A program made the translations under genes and the position numbers. A stretch of 64,000 nucleotides of DNA, from the NCBI GenBank assembly GCA_965366815.1, contig CBDUGV010000001.1, forward strand, positions 10,916 to 74,915, in the 5' to 3' direction. This stretch comes from an uncultured Bdellovibrionales bacterium (GTDB lineage: Bacteria > Bdellovibrionota_C > UBA2361 > SZUA-149). Below the pieces are notes generated by a model. That model saw only the letters and a program-made list of their open reading frames with translations, had not been told where the DNA came from and did not search any database. Positions 17,556 to 26,577 of this stretch are shown one piece after another (the stretch's first letter is position 1; the number at the start of each line of letters is the position of its first letter).

Positions 17556-20009
17556 TCACTTCCCCCGCTTTGCTCGAACGAGCAGAATCACTGAAATCAA
17601 TGTCACTGCGTAGCCAAGCCAGGTTGAAACATGGCTAAACAAAGAATAGCGCAACGTCGCTTCCGTCGTCGTCGGAGCATAGAATATCCGCTCACCGGAG
17701 CCGCGATAGACTCGGCCCTTCTCGGCGGTCCAATAGGGGAAATAGCTATAATTTATGCGATAGAGTTGTCCTGGCGTAAGGTGCTTCAGATCTATTTCTT
17801 GATTTCTTGCTCGCCAACTAAATAGCGGGGTTTTGGCGGCAACCCCTGGTTCTGGACCAACGAGTGGAAATAACTTACTGGCGATACGAACTTCGTGAGC
17901 AAGATATTTCTCGAGACTGTTGTACTCATCCAGCTCAATATTGTGTTGATACCAGACTGAGTAATGATCGATGAGGTATGGATTCTCATAATTAATTGGT
18001 ATGAGCGCCAGTCTCCCATTCGTCGCAAGGCTTGGAAACAAAGTCCGCAATCGCCGCTCTGTGATTGCACCGTTGACCACTATACCCACAGCAGCTTTGG
18101 GCAGATTCATGCCTGGTTTGACTTCCAGCAGTTCGAACCGTGCCCCCAAGCTTTCTCGGGCGTAGAGAAAAAACTCAAAAAAATGAAATGGTACATTTCC
18201 CTTCAAATCCAAGTAGAGGATAACTCGCTTTTGCACCGCCTCAATACGGGGACTGGCCGACTCTGCGATTCTCACAATTGCGTAGGGTCCAATCTCCGTG
18301 ATCGGCTCTAGAGCTAGATCTTTGATTTTTTGCGTGACCTCCTTTTTGCCAATCACCAGATGACTCACGCCAAACTCGCGCAGCTGCTGGGCTTTGTAGC
18401 GGTCGCTCAATTCTGCTCCGTCAACGAACAACAGGGGAATATGGTATCCAGAGACACCAAGCAAACGAGCAGAAGCAACGGGCATTCGATAGGCAAGCGA
18501 GCTTTGAATGAACAAACCATTGAGCGTCTCCTTGCCAAGCTCCTTCTGCAATCTCGACTCCATATAATGAGCTGAGAGAAAGGGAAACTCTTTGTAATCA
18601 GAGAAGTAGCCAAACAATACTCTATCGACATTCTCTTGTTTTCGAAGATAGGCCAATACTGTACGAGCATCTTCGAGATGCTTGCGATCCTTGTGTTCGA
18701 GAATGAGCGGACGCTCGTAATGAGGAAAAAGCACATTCGATGCGATCGAGAGTAGACAAACGAGAACTATAATACTTTCACGAATCTCGCTTCGCTGCCG
18801 ATTGGCAAACCAAACAAGCGGCACGACAGCACAGATCACCGTTCCCAGCAGAAAGAGGTACCCGTAAAATCGATAATAGTGAAATCCAATTGGCAGACTG
18901 GTTGCAACAAATCCGCTCGAGAAAATCAGTAACCCCAGCAGGAGGCTCAGCCCGAGCGTGGAGAACAGACGGCATTTTTGAAGCACTGAACTGCAAATCG
19001 CGGTCGCAATGAGAATCAGTACCAGTAGGTTGGTAATTTCGATGCCCTCGAATCGCCCACCGAGCCAAGCTCGAGCCGTCCTCAACAGACCATAGAGCGG
19101 ATAACGGAAGAATATTTCAAGAAAATCACCAGCGGGTCGGTATATATCCTGCCCCAGATACTGTGGAGAAAACCAAAAGAAAGGAACTATCCAAAAACCC
19201 GCTAGACCAATCGCCAAAAAATGTGATTTCAGGATCAACGCTCGGCGCTCTGGGTAGCGGCAATAGACAACGAGCGCGATAAAAAGCGAGCAGGCCGCGG
19301 TCAAAGAATGCGTAATGAAAAGGAAAAAATACGCCAGGCTAGTCGTCCGTTTGTATCTGGCACCGTATCGCGCCAAACGCAGCAAAGCCCCCACATGCAC
19401 AAGAAGGAAATGCCAGCCGAGCCCCTGAGAAAAAAGACCTACGTTGAACAGTGCAGCACCGCCTATTCCAAACCATTGTCGATCGTGGTTGAGAAACCAA
19501 AAACCCAATGCGCAGACCAAGACGGCCAGAAGCCAATCGTAGCATTCAATCAAGTCCTTCTTTTCCTCAAACAACTCGACAGCCAAAGCCCGGGCAAGGT
19601 AGCGCATTGAAAACGGTAGAAACGCGCAACAACTGAGAAGCACAAGATGAGATGCGAGACGGACCGGTTCCGCCGAACAAAGCGCAAGCGGAAATGCGAG
19701 AATCGCTGTGAGAAGATGTGCGAAAAAAGCATAGAACTGAAAAGCGGGCCAGCCACTAAACCAGGAAGGATCGTAGAATCGCACTCGAAATGAGAGTAAC
19801 TGGTCGACGAGGCGTTCGGTAATCGCAATATGGCCTGGAAGATCTACAGAAGCGACAGGATTCGAAGTGAAATAGGTTCCGTACCAGTAGAAAATACAAA
19901 GGGCAAAACAGGAAATAATGCAGTCACCAGCCCTAAGGATGAAGGTGCGCGTCTCGCTGTAGCGAAGCTCAAATAGCCTAGTTTGAGATATATAGCGAAG
20001 GCTGGACAT
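17556..20009 (-). CDS. large polytopic membrane protein with C-terminal soluble domain (GT-C-like? function unknown)
   Basis: 817 aa. More than 10 hydrophobic helices in the first 450 aa, then a soluble domain. No confident motif. Confidence 0.5.
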   Translation of the reverse strand: MSSLRYISQTRLFELRYSETRTFILRAGDCIISCFALCIFYWYGTYFTSNPVASVDLPGHIAITERLVDQLLSFRVRFYDPSWFSGWPAFQFYAFFAHLLTAILAFPLALCSAEPVRLASHLVLLSCCAFLPFSMRYLARALAVELFEEKKDLIECYDWLLAVLVCALGFWFLNHDRQWFGIGGAALFNVGLFSQGLGWHFLLVHVGALLRLARYGARYKRTTSLAYFFLFITHSLTAACSLFIALVVYCRYPERRALILKSHFLAIGLAGFWIVPFFWFSPQYLGQDIYRPAGDFLEIFFRYPLYGLLRTARAWLGGRFEGIEITNLLVLILIATAICSSVLQKCRLFSTLGLSLLLGLLIFSSGFVATSLPIGFHYYRFYGYLFLLGTVICAVVPLVWFANRQRSEIRESIIVLVCLLSIASNVLFPHYERPLILEHKDRKHLEDARTVLAYLRKQENVDRVLFGYFSDYKEFPFLSAHYMESRLQKELGKETLNGLFIQSSLAYRMPVASARLLGVSGYHIPLLFVDGAELSDRYKAQQLREFGVSHLVIGKKEVTQKIKDLALEPITEIGPYAIVRIAESASPRIEAVQKRVILYLDLKGNVPFHFFEFFLYARESLGARFELLEVKPGMNLPKAAVGIVVNGAITERRLRTLFPSLATNGRLALIPINYENPYLIDHYSVWYQHNIELDEYNSLEKYLAHEVRIASKLFPLVGPEPGVAAKTPLFSWRARNQEIDLKHLTPGQLYRINYSYFPYWTAEKGRVYRGSGERIFYAPTTTEATLRYSLFSHVSTWLGYAVTLISVILLVRAKRGK

Positions 20010-20132
20010 CGGCTATTTCTGGTTCAAACACTGCGTAAATACAAGACCAGCATACGGCACAACCAGGTGTACATTGGTCATAACAGAAATAGCATAGGAA
20101 GGAACAAACTTCCATAACTTACTGATATTACT

Positions 20133-20570
20133 ATGAAATTAAGTACTGACGCCCCGGAACAGCATTTGGCAATCCTCTGTGTTGCAGGATTTTGCGTATT
20201 TGTAAGTGTGATTAGCGCTTTCACCTCTGGAGACGAGGCCGATCAGGATGTTGCCAATCAGCAAGCGAGCTACTTGGAAAGCGGTGTTACCAAGTACGAC
20301 AACCCCCAACTTACCTGGTGGGAAAAACTGTTTTGTCGGGGATATCAACGTTCTCAGGGCTGCGGCTATCGCTTTATGCATCCACTCAAACAGAAGTTTG
20401 AAGACTTGGGAATTGAAGTACAAGAAGCTCCGGCAAACAAAGTCAATGCCGTAGATTACAACGGCTCACTTCCGACGAATCGTGCCTTTTCAGGACGTAT
20501 CAAGGTTGAGCACCGACATTGGGAACAGCCCGCCTGGGTTAAGAGAAACTCTACTGCACAAGAGCGCTAG
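20133..20570 (+). CDS. hypothetical protein with N-terminal membrane anchor
   Basis: ORF only; one hydrophobic helix. Confidence 0.3.
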   Translation: MKLSTDAPEQHLAILCVAGFCVFVSVISAFTSGDEADQDVANQQASYLESGVTKYDNPQLTWWEKLFCRGYQRSQGCGYRFMHPLKQKFEDLGIEVQEAPANKVNAVDYNGSLPTNRAFSGRIKVEHRHWEQPAWVKRNSTAQER

Positions 20571-20959
20571 AGACGCTTTTTGGCAAACCAAGCAGTCCAA
20601 GAAATAGAAATAAGAAAGCATAGAGCGGTTAATCCCTTAAGCGGGATACTCTCTGCAGCCACACCAATCACTGCAAGGGGCAAGGCCAAGGCTAAACACA
20701 TTCCGAAATCAAACAGCTCATAGCCAAAACGAGAGAGAACCATCGCAACTACTCCGAGAAAAAAAATCACGAACGTCAGCGGGGTAAGGATACTCACGCG
20801 CAACATCCCTCCAAAATTGTAGTAGCTCGGCAATGGGAGGAAGAGAAAAACAAACCAGAGTGCAACCAATGCAAACCCGAGCGCCAAGACAACGCGGCCC
20901 CAATTGAGTCTCTCTAGAGCAAGATTATTTCCTAGTAATTTCAAAGACATACCTTCCAA
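20567..20959 (-). CDS. small integral membrane protein (hypothetical)
   Basis: Four hydrophobic helices in 130 aa. Confidence 0.4.
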   Translation of the reverse strand: MEGMSLKLLGNNLALERLNWGRVVLALGFALVALWFVFLFLPLPSYYNFGGMLRVSILTPLTFVIFFLGVVAMVLSRFGYELFDFGMCLALALPLAVIGVAAESIPLKGLTALCFLISISWTAWFAKKRL

Positions 20960-21093
20960 ACTAGAAGCCTTTTAAGCCCCTCCCTTAGTAAGTCGACTAT
21001 AGAACTGTAATTCTTCAATTATTTATCGAGCACTGCTGCCATTGGATGGCCTGTCTGTAGCACAGTGTCTTTGACAAGAGGTTCTAACAAAAA

Positions 21094-22917
21094 TTGCGTT
21101 TTTCGAGCGGAACACGAATTGCAGAGCGCTATGAAGTAGTAAAATTGCTCGGGAGCGGGACCGTTGGAACAGTCGTGCATGTACTCGATCGAAGCCTCGA
21201 TCAACAATCGCTCGCCTTAAAGATTCTACACGCTGATTTGATAGGGAACGATACTATCTTACAAAGGTTCCAAAGTGAGGTGATGTTCGCTCGTCAGCTC
21301 GCGCACCCGCACATCGTGCGAGTCTACGATTTTGAGCAGAAAGACAACTATTACTTCCTTTCCATGGAGTATGTGGTGGGCTGTGACCTCGATGTAATCA
21401 TCCGAAGTTATCAAAGCCGCAAATTGCCGCTCCAGGAGGCGCTCTTCTTGCTCAGTCAAATTGCCGAAGGGCTTAGTTTTGCGCATCAGAAAAACATCGT
21501 TCATCGAGATCTCAAACCGCACAATATCTTGATCGATAGCACGGGCTTAGCAAAGCTCACAGATTTCGGACTCGCTCACAGTCTTGAGTCCTCGCTCGGG
21601 CTCACTCGTACGGGACAAATGCCAGGTACGCCCCTCTACATGGCTCCGGAACAGTTTCTCGGTGCACCTCCAACCCCAAAGGTCGATATATACGCCTTTG
21701 GAATACTCGCCTTTGAACTCCTTACCGGCAGCCCCCCTTTTGTAAGCGAGAATTTCATCGCTATCGGTGAACAGCACAGGAGCGAGCCACTGCCAATTGA
21801 GCTGCTGCGACAGAATGCAGTTCCGGATTGGCTTGAGCAGCTGATTGTTGATTGCACCAAGAAAGATCCGGCGGACCGCGTGCAATCGATGAGGCATGTG
21901 TTAGGCAGGCTCAGTGACCGAGCCACTATCGACGTTGGACAAAGCAAGACGATATTGCGGACGGTGGTTCGGCGGCGCCAGCGCAGCTACAATTTGCTGA
22001 GTACAAGAAACTTGAAAGTATTGCGGCTTGGCTGGTGCTTGTTTGTGCTCTCCCTCTTCTGCCAACTCACCCTTTTCGAAAAGAATGCGAATCTTCGATT
22101 GGCATCGTACCTATATCAAATTGAACAGCAGCTCGGATACGATATGTCCATTCTCCGCAAGGGCATCGGTTTTGGGAAATTTTCCATAGGATCGGATGCA
22201 GATCTCTTCGCTGCTGCACAGTTTGGAATTTTTGAAGAACTGGAGGCCCTCATTCGAGCTGGTATGAACCCGAACATCAGAGACAAAGAAGGCAATACCT
22301 TACTCCACCACGCAGCTCGACTCCCCGCTAGAGTTCCGCAATATCTAATCAGCGATGAGGGCGTGGCCGATCCGAATCTGCAGAACAAAAACGGAGAGAC
22401 ACCACTGCTCGTTGCAGTAAAGGCTGGAAACAAACGAATCGTTGATGAGTTTCTAATGAACAATGCGTCTCCTACGATAGCGGATAAAGAGGGCAACACC
22501 CCTTTGCTTTGGGCAGTGTCTGTTGGCGATTTGGCAATTGTAGAATCGCTCGTCAAACCGATGATGAGATATCGACCGCTGAGAGGAACCAAAATATACA
22601 CACCTACACAAAGAACCAGAGAGGGGCTTACTGCGCTACACCTCGCTGTTGAAGCCGGTCGAGTCGCAATTCTCAAAATTTTGATCAACGAATTCGCTGA
22701 TGTGAATGAAAGAGATTCTCAGGGTCAAACTGCGATCATGCGGCTTGTGCAACAAGCACCTACGGACAATACCATTCAAACACTCGAATTGCTTTTGCAG
22801 CACAATGCCAGTCTAAGTGCGCGAGATGATGAGGGGCTCACTGCATTTCAGTATGCCGATGCCAATTCAAACCAATATTGGGCCGATAGATTGCGCCAAC
22901 ACCGAGCAGATTCCTGA
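21094..22917 (+). CDS. Ser/Thr protein kinase with predicted TM helix and C-terminal ankyrin repeats
   Basis: Hanks motifs LGSGTVGTV, HRDLKPHNILID, DFGLA, APE. Hydrophobic segment LGWCLFVLSLFCQLTLF. At least 5 ankyrin repeats (GNTLLHHAARL, GETPLLVAVKAGN, GNTPLLWAVSVGD, GLTALHLAVEAG...). TTG start. Confidence 0.85.
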   Translation: MRFSSGTRIAERYEVVKLLGSGTVGTVVHVLDRSLDQQSLALKILHADLIGNDTILQRFQSEVMFARQLAHPHIVRVYDFEQKDNYYFLSMEYVVGCDLDVIIRSYQSRKLPLQEALFLLSQIAEGLSFAHQKNIVHRDLKPHNILIDSTGLAKLTDFGLAHSLESSLGLTRTGQMPGTPLYMAPEQFLGAPPTPKVDIYAFGILAFELLTGSPPFVSENFIAIGEQHRSEPLPIELLRQNAVPDWLEQLIVDCTKKDPADRVQSMRHVLGRLSDRATIDVGQSKTILRTVVRRRQRSYNLLSTRNLKVLRLGWCLFVLSLFCQLTLFEKNANLRLASYLYQIEQQLGYDMSILRKGIGFGKFSIGSDADLFAAAQFGIFEELEALIRAGMNPNIRDKEGNTLLHHAARLPARVPQYLISDEGVADPNLQNKNGETPLLVAVKAGNKRIVDEFLMNNASPTIADKEGNTPLLWAVSVGDLAIVESLVKPMMRYRPLRGTKIYTPTQRTREGLTALHLAVEAGRVAILKILINEFADVNERDSQGQTAIMRLVQQAPTDNTIQTLELLLQHNASLSARDDEGLTAFQYADANSNQYWADRLRQHRADS

Positions 22918-22925
22918 GCGAGCTA

Positions 22926-24671
22926 ATGGAAGGAGCATACCAACAGTTTCTCAAACCAAATACGCTCCTCGACGGGAGGTATCAACTGGTCTCTGCCTTG
23001 GGCTCTGGAGCAACGGGAACTGTGTTTCTCGCAGAGGATCAGAATCTCAACTCCGAAGCGCTCGCAATAAAGATTCTTCACCCGCACTTGTTGCTGAGTG
23101 ACGAGAGCTACAGTCGATTCCGTGCGGAAACGCGAATCACCATGCGCTTGTCTCACCCCAATATACTCACTTGTTTCGGAATGGGACAGCACGGCAATCA
23201 GATCAGTTTCTTAAAAATGGAGTACTGTGATGGAACTTCCTTGGCTGATTTGATCGATAGGAAACCTCAGCATCGAAAGCTAACAGAGCTCATTTGCATC
23301 CTACGAGATATCGCTTCAGCGTTAGAGTATGCACATTTGCAAGGAGTAATTCACCGAGATTTGAAGCCGGAAAATATTCTGATCGGCGAAGATAGAGAAG
23401 TGCGAGTCGCGGACTTCGGTATTGCTCAGATAGTCCGGCAAGAGGCGCGTTTGACGGGCCAGGGCGATATACTTGGAACTCCTTATTATATGTCACCAGA
23501 GCAGTTGCGCTCGGAACTCATTGACGGCAGGTCAGACATGTACTCGTTTGGCATCATGGCCTACGAGGTTATTACCGGACAACTGCCCTTTACTGCCGAT
23601 TCCTTCTGGGAACTTGCCGAATTACATATCTCGGCCCCATTGCCAGTTGAGCCTCTAGAAAGGGTGCATACCCCGCCCTGGTTAATCGACTTAGTAGCCG
23701 GCTGCGTGGAAAAGGATCGTCACAAGCGTTTGAACTCCATGTCGGAAATCTACAATATTCTAGAACAACACTGTCCCCTCGAGCAGAGCCCGGATCGGGA
23801 TCGAAAGCGAAGCCCTAGTTTTTTAGAGCAGCCAAGCCAGGAAGAGAGTTCCAAATTCGTTTTTACTTTTCAGAAAAATTACGATCGAGTGGTGAGGTAC
23901 GCCTTTTCCGTTTTCATCCTATTGGTTTTATTTCTGGCACCTCGCATCAACAGCTCGGTCGATTGGCGCTACAATATCGTAGCGTTTCGAATAGAGCGGA
24001 TTTTCGGAGTGAAGCTGCCATGGGTTCGAAAACTGATGCACGTACCTGCCCACATTTCCTATCCGGAAAGCATGTTTGGATCTGGACCCGAGTTTAAGCA
24101 CGAAACGCTATCTCTCTTAAAAGCCGGATACGAAGTCAATGTCTACAGTGAATCACGCGGTGAATACCCGATTCATTATGTAGTGTACAGGTTCGCAGAT
24201 TGTCAGATAGTACGGTATCTCGTCGAATACGGCGCTCTGGTAAACGTAAGCAATCGAGCCGGGCAAACTCCCCTCTTCATCGCTGTTTTGAGGGGTGAAC
24301 CCGAAACCGTTGAATTCTTGCTCTCAGAAAAAGCCGACCCGAATATCGCGACACTAGAAGGATTAGTCCCCCTCAGCCAGGCCGCAAAGAGTTCTCGGTA
24401 CGATATTGCTCGCAGTCTGCTAGAGCAAAGTCGAGTTCCAATAGACGTGAATCGAGCGGATCTTCAGAATCAAACTCCACTCCACTTTGCAGTGCCAAGC
24501 GGCCACCGAAAACTGGTCGAGTTGCTTTTAACGCACGGAGCAGACCCTACCTTGGTCAACGATGATGGCGATAGTCCACTGACCCTGGCGAAGAGCCTTC
24601 AGCCGAGAAAACGCTATGCCGCAGTAATTGAACTATTGGAGAAACAGAGTGTACCGGAAGACGCTCGGTAG
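22926..24671 (+). CDS. Ser/Thr protein kinase with predicted TM helix and C-terminal ankyrin repeats (paralog)
   Basis: HRDLKPENILIG, DFGIA, SPEQ. Hydrophobic FSVFILLVLFLAP. Ankyrin repeats (GQTPLFIAVLRGE, NQTPLHFAVPSGH...). 8 bp after the previous kinase gene. Confidence 0.85.
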   Translation: MEGAYQQFLKPNTLLDGRYQLVSALGSGATGTVFLAEDQNLNSEALAIKILHPHLLLSDESYSRFRAETRITMRLSHPNILTCFGMGQHGNQISFLKMEYCDGTSLADLIDRKPQHRKLTELICILRDIASALEYAHLQGVIHRDLKPENILIGEDREVRVADFGIAQIVRQEARLTGQGDILGTPYYMSPEQLRSELIDGRSDMYSFGIMAYEVITGQLPFTADSFWELAELHISAPLPVEPLERVHTPPWLIDLVAGCVEKDRHKRLNSMSEIYNILEQHCPLEQSPDRDRKRSPSFLEQPSQEESSKFVFTFQKNYDRVVRYAFSVFILLVLFLAPRINSSVDWRYNIVAFRIERIFGVKLPWVRKLMHVPAHISYPESMFGSGPEFKHETLSLLKAGYEVNVYSESRGEYPIHYVVYRFADCQIVRYLVEYGALVNVSNRAGQTPLFIAVLRGEPETVEFLLSEKADPNIATLEGLVPLSQAAKSSRYDIARSLLEQSRVPIDVNRADLQNQTPLHFAVPSGHRKLVELLLTHGADPTLVNDDGDSPLTLAKSLQPRKRYAAVIELLEKQSVPEDAR

Positions 24672-24672
24672 A

Positions 24673-25182
24673 TTAGAAATTTCCGATATCAAAAGGATCT
24701 GGCGGTCCAGCCAGGTTGTCATCAAAAGGTACTGCACCCCCACCACCGGCTCCCGCACCACCAGCTTGGGCTCCAGCACCCTGGGCTTGTTGCGCACCTG
24801 CCTGCTGAGTTCCACAACCGAAATCCCCAAAGTAGAGGCTCACGCCAACTGCAACCGTGCCAGCTCCGCAAGCAGTCATCACCGCAGCCTTGGCGTTCTT
24901 GAAATCACCTAAGGCAGCAGAACAGATCGCCATAAAGCCGCTTGCGGCCAAAATAAGCGCTCCAAGCTCTCCTTCCATTAAGAAATAGATATCGCAGATA
25001 ACCGAGCGAATAGCTCCGTTGGCAAATTGCGGCGCGTTGTAGGCGTATTGCCAAGGTGCCTGCGCTTGCGCGTGGGCAGAATCTGGAAAGCCGAAACCAA
25101 GCAGCAAGGCGCAGACTATGAGCTGCGCTCCCAATACGGGCGTGCTCTGAAGATGCAGAGTTCGAGAGTGCTGGTAGTTCAT
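24673..25182 (-). CDS. VirB2/TrbC-like pilin-like protein with Gly/Ala/Gln-rich linker and conserved C-terminal tail (paralog 5)
   Basis: Core ICDIYFLMEGELGALILAASGFMAICSAALGDFKNAK. Linker QQAGAQQAQGAGAQAGGAGAGGGG. Tail AVPFDDNLAGPPDPFDIGNF nearly identical to paralog 4 at DNA level. Confidence 0.6.
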   Translation of the reverse strand: MNYQHSRTLHLQSTPVLGAQLIVCALLLGFGFPDSAHAQAQAPWQYAYNAPQFANGAIRSVICDIYFLMEGELGALILAASGFMAICSAALGDFKNAKAAVMTACGAGTVAVGVSLYFGDFGCGTQQAGAQQAQGAGAQAGGAGAGGGGAVPFDDNLAGPPDPFDIGNF

Positions 25183-25188
25183 AACGCC

Positions 25189-25695
25189 TTAGAAATTCCC
25201 GATATCGAAGGGATCTGGCGGTCCAGCCAAATTGTCATCAAAAGGCACCGGGCCACCACCGCCCGCACCAGCACCGCCAGCACCGCCAGCACCACCGGCA
25301 CCACCGGCACCACCGGCACCACCACCGCCATTTCCGGTAGCACCACCGTTGGCCGCGCCTTGGGAACAGGTAGCAGCAGCATCTTCGAAATAAAGACTCA
25401 TCATTGCTGAAATCGAAAATGCGCCGATTCCAACGATCACAAAACTATAACTGGCTCGGAAATTTCCCATTGCCGCAGAAACGACGGCACCGACTCCGGC
25501 TGCCGACATCAAGAGAGCTCCAAGACTACCTTCCATATGGGCGCAAAGCTCTTGGATTGCCCATTCGGCACTCGCAAAGGCAAAAGCCACTTCTGGAAGT
25601 GACAGACCCAGCATTAACAGTCCGAAACAGAACACGGTAACGCGATGTATGCGCCCGATTGTTCTATCTAGTTCGGCAATTCGTTTTGATTTCAT
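25189..25695 (-). CDS. VirB2/TrbC-like pilin-like protein with Gly/Ala-rich linker and conserved C-terminal tail (paralog 4)
   Basis: GAGGAGG SD. Pilin-like core GALLMSAAGVGAVVSAAMGNFRASY...LYF. Then (GGA)n-type linker and tail PVPFDDNLAGPPDPFDIGNF. Confidence 0.6.
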   Translation of the reverse strand: MKSKRIAELDRTIGRIHRVTVFCFGLLMLGLSLPEVAFAFASAEWAIQELCAHMEGSLGALLMSAAGVGAVVSAAMGNFRASYSFVIVGIGAFSISAMMSLYFEDAAATCSQGAANGGATGNGGGGAGGAGGAGGAGGAGGAGAGGGGPVPFDDNLAGPPDPFDIGNF

Positions 25696-25729
25696 TTAGA
25701 GAAAACCTCCTCACTTTGGTTCGTGCCAG

Positions 25730-26128
25730 CTAACAAGCCAACGAAGGAAACAACATTGCAACCATGTCGGGAAAGATAAACGAACCAACTGAGACGAATA
25801 TCAAAGCCCATGCTCCCTTAAAGGAACCAGCCGCAGCCGCAACAAGCGCGAGAATACCAGTAAGCGCTGTTACCATTGCACCAAAATCTTTCTTGAGAAC
25901 GTCTTCGAGAATATTACAAGCTGCGGTTTGGAAGATGCCGCCGCCTTGTTGAGCCAACGCCGGTTCGATCAATGCTGAACAAATAAGCACTGCACCAATT
26001 GCGTATAAGCCAAGCGAGAGGTTCACCTGCTGTGAACAATCGCGAACAAAACTGAAAATCTTAGAAAACCCTTTGCCCATCATGCACCACCAGTTTGCAT
26101 CGAGGAAGCTAAATGCCGTGTTGCTCAT
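25730..26128 (-). CDS. VirB2/TrbC-like pilin-like small protein (paralog 3)
   Basis: Track ORF extends to 26338 and overlaps paralog 2. ATG at 26128 with GGAG SD gives a 133 aa protein. Leader ...IEPALA-QQG. Mature ACNILEDVLKKDFGAMVTALTGILALVAAAAGSFKGAW. Confidence 0.55.
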   Translation of the reverse strand: MSNTAFSFLDANWWCMMGKGFSKIFSFVRDCSQQVNLSLGLYAIGAVLICSALIEPALAQQGGGIFQTAACNILEDVLKKDFGAMVTALTGILALVAAAAGSFKGAWALIFVSVGSFIFPDMVAMLFPSLAC

Positions 26129-26145
26129 CTCTAGCTCCGCTCGAA

Positions 26146-26535
26146 CTAGCCTCCAGAACATTGAGGAAAGAACAATGTCATATAGCCCCGTAAAATAAAC
26201 CCACCGACTGCGACCACCACACAGGCCCAAGCGGCTTTGAATCCACCCATCGCTGAAGCAATAATGGCGCCGATGCCCGCAATTGCGGTAAGCATCGCAC
26301 CAAACGTGCCATCGGCCATATCCAACACGTTGTTGCATATGGTGCCGTACTTCGCGCCGTCATACGCCAGTGCCGGTTCGACACTCACTGCGCATAAGAG
26401 CAGGGCGGCCCCTATTAGCAAGAGCGCTGTTCGCTCATCTTGTATACAGGTACGTAACCCTTTCATTTGCTGTACACCTTCACCCCGTATCTCGGACCGC
26501 CAATGATACCGATTCACCCGTATTGGTATCATCAA
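26146..26535 (-). CDS. VirB2/TrbC-like pilin-like small protein (paralog 2)
   Basis: 129 aa. Leader ...VEPALA-YDG. Mature ICNNVLDMADGTFGAMLTAIAGIGAIIASAMGGFKAAWACVVVAVGGFIL. Confidence 0.6.
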   Translation of the reverse strand: MMIPIRVNRYHWRSEIRGEGVQQMKGLRTCIQDERTALLLIGAALLLCAVSVEPALAYDGAKYGTICNNVLDMADGTFGAMLTAIAGIGAIIASAMGGFKAAWACVVVAVGGFILRGYMTLFFPQCSGG

Positions 26536-26577
26536 CGACCGTCATTGCTCACCAAGCGAAAAGATCCGCTTAGGCGA

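Noticed and set aside
25027-25410. 127-aa plus-strand ORF rich in TTGTTG (Thr/Gly runs)
   Set aside because: It is the antisense shadow of the Gly/Ala-linker repeats of pilin-like paralog 4/5.
25730-26338. Long 202-aa form of pilin-like paralog 3
   Set aside because: The N-terminal 70 codons overlap the preceding pilin gene in another frame. An internal ATG at 26128 with a GGAG SD gives a 133-aa protein matching the other paralogs.
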